Below, one piece after another: positions 57,835 to 64,000 of a stretch of 64,000 nucleotides of DNA. Each line of letters begins with the position of its first letter. Positions within the stretch are counted from its first letter, which is position 1. The stretch is from Candidatus Latescibacterota bacterium (GTDB lineage Bacteria > Latescibacterota > UBA2968 > UBA8231), in contig CBDCXV010000010.1 of the NCBI GenBank assembly GCA_965223905.1, positions 1,248,001 through 1,312,000 of the forward strand, given 5' to 3'. The translations under genes and the position numbers were made by a program. The notes below the pieces were generated by a model. The model saw only the letters and a program-made list of their open reading frames with translations, ran no database searches and had not been told where the DNA came from.

Positions 57835-58821
57835 TTACCGATAGTCGTTCTTGATCCGCCCCCAGCTGGAGGGATCAATGCTCGTCGCCCGGGAAAAAAG
57901 CGCATACCGCCACTTGGGATAATGGGCATCCCTCTCCCGCAACCCGGTGCCGTCCGTATTCACTTCGAAAATGCGGCGGACATACACCCGGTTCATTCCA
58001 CTGATGGTATAGTTCTCCAGTTCTATCTTTGTAAAGGCGATCCGACTGCCGTCCGGAGACCAGGAGATGTCTCGAACCGCGTAGTCGTCGCTGAAGGCGT
58101 CCTCCCCCAACAGCTTCTGCTTCAGGCTGCCGTCGACGGTGGAGACGAAAAGCCCCGGAACCCTTTCAGAGCCGTAGGCTTCGGAGCCGTAGGCGATTTT
58201 CTGGCCGTCCGGCGACCACGCACCGTAGTCGGTGTGAGGTGATATCTCTACGCTGGTGCCGGTTTCGAGGTCCAGGACCAGCAGAGTATAGCATGCGTCG
58301 AAGCAGTCGTTGTACAGCAGTTTGCGCCCGTCGGGCGAGAAGGGCGTGGGCCATGCCCTGCCGGGCAGGGGCAGACCCGCCCCTTTCCTGATCTCCTGAA
58401 ATTTGGTGCCGTCGATTTCTATCGAGTACAGATCGACTAGAAAAACATTAACCATGTCGAAGAAGATCGTTCTCCCATCGGGATGCCACTGGGGAATTCC
58501 AGGGTCCCGATTGAGAAGATAGGCCTCTTCATTATCCAGCAGGATCTTCTCGGCCATGGTTTCGATCTCGAGTCGATACAGACTGCTTTCCCTGACAAAA
58601 GCGACATGTTTCTGATCGGGAGAAAGACTCGGATAGGAACCTTCGACAAGCTCCCGTTCGCCGCTCCCGTCGAGGTTGCTCAGGTAGATCATAAATCGTT
58701 TTTCCGGTCTGATGATCTTTTCATAGACCTTGATTTCCTGGTCCTGCTCGGCTTCCTGGGCTTCGGCCGGCAATCCTCCCAGGCACAAAACAGATGCGAG
58801 TAGTACTACGAGCGCTTTCAT
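57835..58821 (-). CDS. Secreted TolB-like (PD40) beta-propeller with SSWGRIK tail
   Basis: Signal peptide; PSLSPDQ, WHPDG, FSPDG and two WSPDG; ends SIDPSSWGRIKNDYR. Confidence 0.85.
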   Translation of the reverse strand: MKALVVLLASVLCLGGLPAEAQEAEQDQEIKVYEKIIRPEKRFMIYLSNLDGSGERELVEGSYPSLSPDQKHVAFVRESSLYRLEIETMAEKILLDNEEAYLLNRDPGIPQWHPDGRTIFFDMVNVFLVDLYSIEIDGTKFQEIRKGAGLPLPGRAWPTPFSPDGRKLLYNDCFDACYTLLVLDLETGTSVEISPHTDYGAWSPDGQKIAYGSEAYGSERVPGLFVSTVDGSLKQKLLGEDAFSDDYAVRDISWSPDGSRIAFTKIELENYTISGMNRVYVRRIFEVNTDGTGLRERDAHYPKWRYALFSRATSIDPSSWGRIKNDYR

Positions 58822-58824
58822 GCG

Positions 58825-59560
58825 TTACCTCCGTGAAGGGTGTGGTGTCGATACTGGTTGCTCGTCGCCAAAGTTGTCCAACAAGGCGGCGTCAAATCCC
58901 CGAATTGCCGAGTGCGCTTCTCGTTTGATCTGCCCCCAGCTGGACCGATCGACGGTCGTCGCCTGGGAGTGTAGCGAATACCGCCACTTGGGGTAGTGGG
59001 TATCCCTTTCCCGCAACCCGGACCCATCCGTATTCACTTCGAAAATACGGCGGACGTACTCCCGGAAGGGTCCATCGAGGGTATAGTTCTCTAGTTCGAT
59101 CTTGGTGAAGGCGATGCGACTGCCGTCAGGAGACCAAGAGATTTCCCCGACGGCGTAGTCGTCGCTGAAGGCGTCGTCACCCAACAGTTTCTGTTTCAGA
59201 CTGCCGTCGACGGTGGAGACAAACAGCCCCGGATCCCATTCGGAGCGGTAGGCGATTTTCTGGCCGTCAGGGGACCACGCCCCGGAGGCGGTGTGAGGCG
59301 AGATCTCCACGCTGGTACCGGTGTCGAGGTCCAAGACCAGCAGAGTGAAGCATTCGTCGAAGCAGTCGGTAAACAAAAGTTTGCGGCCGTCTGGCGAGAA
59401 GGGGGTGGGCCATGCCCTGCCGGGCAGGGGCAGACCCGCACCTTTCCTGATCTCCTGAAACTTGGTGCCGTCGATCTCTATCGAGTACAGATCGACTAGA
59501 AAAACATTGGCCATGTCGAAGAAGATCGTTCTACCATCGGGATGATAGTGCGGATTGGAG
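58825..59560 (-). pseudogene. 5'-truncated duplicate of the TolB-like gene
   Basis: Near-identical to the previous gene from HPDGRTIFFDM onward; the ATG following the SD (about 59570) is out of frame; no signal peptide. Confidence 0.75.
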
Positions 59561-59636
59561 GCCCGCCCATGGTGCTTTCCTCTCCTCAATCGTTCAGCAG
59601 TGATGGGGGAAGAGTCTTGCATATCAAGACTCGGTC

Positions 59637-59886
59637 TGCAAATCCTGTGCCAATCTGTTAGAAAGCGGACTAACTTATTGCAAATGCAAGAGTTATATCG
59701 TATGTGAGTCTCCTTGCAAGATTTGGGGAAGCGTTGCAGAATGCGACACGTACATCGCTCCGAAGACCGAATGCCCTGTGGCAGAAGAAACTGCAACTGT
59801 TTGTTTATCAATAAGTTATAGAAAAGAATAAGAAGCAGGACGGGGAATGTGTTGCAATTTGGAACGCGAGTCGCATTTTGCGACAC
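59637..59886 (-). promoter_or_regulatory. Sigma54 promoter with IHF site and enhancer palindromes, copy 1
   Basis: TGGCACAGGATTTGCA (-24/-12, 59652-59637); TATCAATAAGTTA (IHF consensus, 59806-59818); GTCGCATTTTGCGAC (59870-59884) plus imperfect copies. Confidence 0.8.
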
Positions 59887-59889
59887 ACC

Positions 59890-60515
59890 TCACACATAGC
59901 AGATCACCAGCTCGATCCCCTGGATGCACTGGGAGTCCCGACCCTCGTACCGGGGTTTGCTGCTCAGGGAGGGTACTATATTCCAGTCGACCTCGGCATA
60001 AATAGCCTTGGTGTTTGGCAGCTCGATCCAGCGGGGATAACCTCCCGAATCAACAGGATTGATCATGCGCACGTTCAGCACGAACGCCCCGTTGGATACC
60101 GAGTCGTAATACGCCCGCCCACTGCCGAACACCTCGGGCAGCCTATGGTTGTTTGCCACCGTGACACTATTCCCTACAAATGAAGTGCTTGCGTCGAAGT
60201 TCCGCTTTCGTCGTACCCCCCTACGAACAACCTTTCGAAGTCGCTCAGCAGGTAACTGGAACTCGACGGCTCTCTGGTGGCGTTGTACCCGTGGGGGAGG
60301 TCGTGGTTGTGGTAGTCACATGCCTGAGGAGTGTTATTTCTACCCCCAACGCAGGACAAAGGGGTCATGGGGTTGGCCGTGGTCTCATCTTGAAAAGTGA
60401 CCAGGACCACGTCCAGAGTCATTGATCGATCCCAGGTGTCTGGGGACCCAGTGGCCAGGACCGAGTGCGCCCCGAGGAACGGCAGGAGGGCGATCCATAA
60501 GAAATGGCGACTCAT
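59890..60515 (-). pseudogene. Fragmented N-terminus of a secreted M6 (immune inhibitor A)-like metalloprotease
   Basis: Signal peptide, VVLVTFQD, then frameshifted FGSGRAYYDSVSNG.F...YPRWIELP; truncated. Confidence 0.5.
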
Positions 60516-61325
60516 GGGCTGGTCCTCCCGTCATGGGCTAAAAACGTATTCTTGATTCTGCCCCAGGAAGAGGACGACGAAGAGGTGGGGATCAACGCAT
60601 CGGAAAGTTCTACCCGGTTGCCGCCGATTACCCCCCCGAAGGGGAGTCGCATCGTTTTCGAATAGCACGGCAACATCGGATCCGCTAATCCCCCAACCGC
60701 ATCCGTTGGAACCATACCCCCAAACAAAGCCGCATCCACGCCCCCCTTCATCGTTGCCCCAGAACGTGAACGAATACCATGGCACCGGTTCCCATCCCGC
60801 CCACACCTTGACTTGATTGTCCCCCTCTACCGTCGGGATCGCGTATTCCGTCTCGTACACGTTCCCCATCCCTTTAAAGCGCGGATCTGTCGATGCCCCG
60901 TACTCCGAGGCAGTGCCGTCAAAGCGAAAGATCGCATACTCTCCGTCCGGAGTGCGCTCCATCAGACGGGTGCCCTCCCAGCGCAGCTTCTTCCCGGCGA
61001 TGAAATGCGGCGGCGCCGGCGGCCAGTGGTCCGGCATGTCGCTGATCACGAAGTAGGTCTTGCTGTCAATCACCTCCGTGCGCTCCACCGTGATCGTGAA
61101 TTGGGGTCTCTTAGGGAACTGCGCCGTGTACGTAGGCCAATGGCTCTTATCCTCATCGTAGGGCGTAAGCCCTACGACAGAATGTCCGTAGGTCCACGAG
61201 TTGCCCACGGCCAGCGGCAGGTAGTTCGAGGCCGCGTAGTCGGTGGCTGCGGCCGGCAGCGCCCAGCTTGCTACGAGCAGAGCGGCCAAGGTCAGGCTAA
61301 TGCCCATCATTTTCTTCTTTCCCAT
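60512..61325 (-). CDS. Secreted protein (YLPLAVGNSWTY family) with SSWGRIK tail reached through a frameshift
   Basis: Signal peptide and NYLPLAVGNSWTY; the alternative frame ends IPTSSSSSSWGRIKNTF. Confidence 0.6.
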
Positions 61326-61397
61326 GATGCTTTCCTCCGTCCTTTTAATTTTTGATTACTGTCCTTAAAGGAGATAACTGTCCGCTCTTGGTGTGAT

Positions 61398-61722
61398 TCA
61401 TGCGTACCCGTCATCAGGCCGCCTTGTTCGATTATTTATGGTAATCCGGGCGTATTCGGCCTTGGTGCCCGGCAGCTCGATCCAGCGGGGATAACCTCCC
61501 GAATCAACAGGATTGATCATGCGCACGTTCAGCACGAACCTGCCGTTAGATACCGAGTCAAAGTACGCCCGCACTGTCCGGCCCATGCGGATAGTTCCAC
61601 CAATAGGTCCAACGGTCACCCACCTCGAGCCCGTTGGGGAGGGGAAAGGGACAACATAGGGACGCCGCCGGTTTGGCAGCGCCAGCCAAAATCAGGACTA
61701 GCAACAGAATAAGGTTTTGCAT
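61398..61722 (-). pseudogene. Chimeric fragment: signal peptide + LEVGDRWTY start joined to an M6-like fragment
   Basis: MQNLILLLVLILAG...LEVGDRWTY, then VRAYFDSVSNGRFVLNVRMINPVDSGGYPRWIELP, near-identical to about 60005-60122. Confidence 0.55.
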
Positions 61723-62077
61723 TCTAGAAGATCCTCTCTTTCGAGTAGTAGACAGTTGCTTTATTCGCCGGAGAACGCCCGCTGATCGACCGCGTCGTTC
61801 ACCGCAGTATTGCCGGCATGTCTAGGGGTAGTATCCCCAAAGTGACCAAGACTACGTCCCAGGGTGCATTACTTGCCCAGATGGGTTGCAGGCGCCCTGG
61901 TTAAGCCGGCCATGAAACCCGGATGTGCCGGCCGGAACCCCCCGGCCGACCGTCCCTGAATAATCTGGGATACCTTTCGCCCAAGAAGATAGCAACCAGC
62001 CGGGAGCCAGTCTGTGGGCGAATGTCTGATATTGGCCTTCCGAAATGCTGCTTTTTGTCTTTCGAAATGATCAGGGG

Positions 62078-62207
62078 CCATTTCGACGGCGGTGCGGCCG
62101 TCCCCGGCCACGCCGACGACTTTTATATCGTCTTCACGACCGAGCAATACCCGCAACCCTTCCTGCATGACCGAATGATCGGCTACCAGTAAAACGCGCG
62201 CTGTCAT
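62078..62207 (-). pseudogene. NarL-type response regulator receiver fragment
   Basis: MTARVLLVADHSVMQEGLRVLLGREDDIKVVGVAGDGRTAVEM, then similarity ends. Confidence 0.65.
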
Positions 62208-62214
62208 GAAAAAA

Positions 62215-62697
62215 TCACTTTTCGATTCCTGAATTGGCCAAGTTGTATTTAAAGTCATACACTGGAACATCCTGCCCGTCCCATCGAAAAACCAGAAACC
62301 CTTCGTCCCAATTCGGGCAAGGGTGGCCACGCATAATCCGCGTCACTGAAGACATAGTACTCGAAGCCATCGATCCTCTCAGTATGAGTGATTTCAATGG
62401 TCAACCTCCTTTCTACATGGGTCAGGGATTCCGGCGGAACGGGATTGTCCCGTCCATGCGGATAACCCGGTATCTCGAAGGCCTTCAGGTATTCCGACTC
62501 GGTACCGGGATACGAGTCATTCGCATAGTGATGCTCGTACGTCCAGCGATTACCCACCGCCAATGGGACGTAGTCGTGCGGATCCATTTCTAACCGGAGA
62601 GAATCGGGCTCATGGATTTCATGGACGGCCACAGCGGCTGAATAGCCAACCAAAAAACGAGCATGAACATTGGCAATCTCATCCCACGACATTTCAT
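62215..62697 (-). pseudogene. Frameshifted paralogue of the PLAVGNxWTY secreted family
   Basis: Signal-like start, DYVPLAVGNRWTYEH...TIEITHTERIDGFEYYVFSD..YAWPP, FRWDG in different frames. Confidence 0.6.
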
Positions 62698-63147
62698 CGA
62701 ATAGCCTCCTATGGGTACCGGGGCAAGCATCTGAATTTCACGTCCCAAGTTATGGACTACTCTACTGATATCATCGCACACAAGATGACCCTCTGGTTGC
62801 CAAAACAAGCGTCCAGACACCGCCACCGCTTACGTGATTCGGGCCCTTTTGCATGAGCGCGGGGAAGTGCACGAGCACAGGACGCCTTCGCCGCTGCCAA
62901 AACCCACTCCATCATTCGCTACACACCGCGCCCTAAGTTTAATTGCGCCTAACTGCGAAGGGTTTCGCTTGGCCCGTACAAGAAACCCCGCCAATATGCC
63001 CTTGTCAATACCAATACCTAAATTTGTTTGGGAGCAAAAATATCCCCCCTTGCCCCCTTTATCTCTGCTATTGGGCGCCTACCTCTCCTATCCGTAGATC
63101 ACCGGGTTCGGGCGCGCTGTACCCTCCCTGCTTGTTAAGATCCGGTT

Positions 63148-63396
63148 TGCAAATTCTGTGCCAATTTTTTTGAAAACAGACTAACATACGGTATATGCGG
63201 GAGTTATATCGTATGTGGGTTTCCTGGCAAAATTTCGGGAAGTGTTTCAAAATGCGACACGCCCATCGCGCCCGACGACCGAATGCCCTGTTGCGGGGAG
63301 ACTTCAACTGTAAGTTTTTGAACAAGTTACAGGAAATATTCGGAGACGGGACGGGGAATGTGTCGCATTTTGGAACACGAGTCGCATTTTGCGACA
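63148..63396 (-). promoter_or_regulatory. Sigma54 promoter/enhancer, copy 2
   Basis: TGGCACAGAATTTGCA (63163-63148); GTCGCATTTTGCGAC (63381-63395); collinear with copy 1. Confidence 0.78.
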
Positions 63397-63704
63397 GTCC
63401 TCACGCATTGGGGATCACCGCATCGAGGCGCCAAAGCCCCTTTGAAGGCGGACCGTCTTCGTCCGTGAGCCGGTTCCAGATTCCCGAACCCGACTTCCGG
63501 AGAAAAGACCTTTCCGATGAGGATCGTCGCTGACCCCGGGGCCGATTACCGGGGCCCTGGTCGGGAACGCCTATGACCGGTGCGCGCTGGGGTACGCGAG
63601 GCAGCGGTCCCCCACTCCCGGACCAGAACTCGGCCTGATCACCGAGGACCTGGAGCCTGGTTCTATATAGTTCCCGGATTCTTCTGAAGTAAACCTACCA
63701 GCCG

Positions 63705-63744
63705 AAGGCGTAGCCGATGCTCCCCTTGGCCCAAGCCGCCCCGG
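63705..63744. repeat. 40-bp direct repeat Q, right copy
   Basis: aaggcgtagccgatgctccccttggcccaagccgccccgg. Confidence 0.85.
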
Positions 63745-63800
63745 AAATCACCCCGGATTCCCCGTCGCGGCGGATCGCCAGCACCTTTAGAATGAATTAT

Positions 63801-64000
63801 TCACAAAATCGCTAAGTTGAGCAGGATGGACTCGATGTTTAAGTGTCCCGTTCCTTTTGTGCTCGTGTGCCTGTCGAATCCAGGTTTCGCATCAAACTTG
63901 GGGGTTCGATCCGGGATGTTGGTGGTGACAAAGCGAGGATTGGCTTTGCCCTGGGTAACCTCGGCCTTGTAGAGGATGCGCTGCGGGCGCTTCCAGCTCT
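63801..64000 (-). mobile_element. IS1380-family transposase fragment (3'-truncated, continues beyond the window)
   Basis: Manual translation SWKRPQRILYKAEVTQGKANPRFVTTNI matches the IS1380 SWxxxRRVxxKAE...NPRFVVTNL motif. Confidence 0.7.

Noticed and set aside
57835-59560. Near-identical gene pair as a diversity-generating retroelement TR/VR
   Set aside because: No reverse transcriptase in the window and differences are not confined to adenines.

Overview
High-GC bacterial DNA. C-terminal 'PNPFN...FlgD-Ig' domains, 'SSWGxIK' tails and a giant FN3/cadherin-type adhesin suggest an FCB-group lineage such as Latescibacterota or Gemmatimonadota, possibly a sponge symbiont (inference). From left to right the window holds: (1) an uncharacterised minus-strand operon built around a GlmL/MutL-like ASKHA ATPase and several membrane proteins (1-6.5 kb); (2) a complete type I-G (I-U) CRISPR-Cas locus (cas7g-csb2-cas3-cas8g-cas4-cas1-cas2, leader, 25 repeats/24 spacers), flanked by a small Rmf-like ORF and an ABC-ATPase/TOPRIM-like pair (6.6-20.3 kb); (3) a selenium island with senA-senB (selenoneine synthesis) divergent from a UGA/SECIS selenoprotein selD and a PhnCDE-like transporter, plus egtD and a betaine-family ABC importer nearby (20.5-35.6 kb); (4) accessory genes, IS remnants, a DUF1538-PII-CBS operon and an ECF sigma/anti-sigma module with back-to-back promoters (35.9-48 kb); (5) a ~15.7 kb block bounded by 40-bp direct repeats, carrying a 3208-aa polysaccharide-lyase/adhesin, TolB-like propellers, duplicated sigma54 enhancer-promoters and shuffled fragments of secreted-protein genes. 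Several single-base frameshifts in otherwise intact genes look like assembly indels. All calls come from manual reading and motif recognition; no searches were run.
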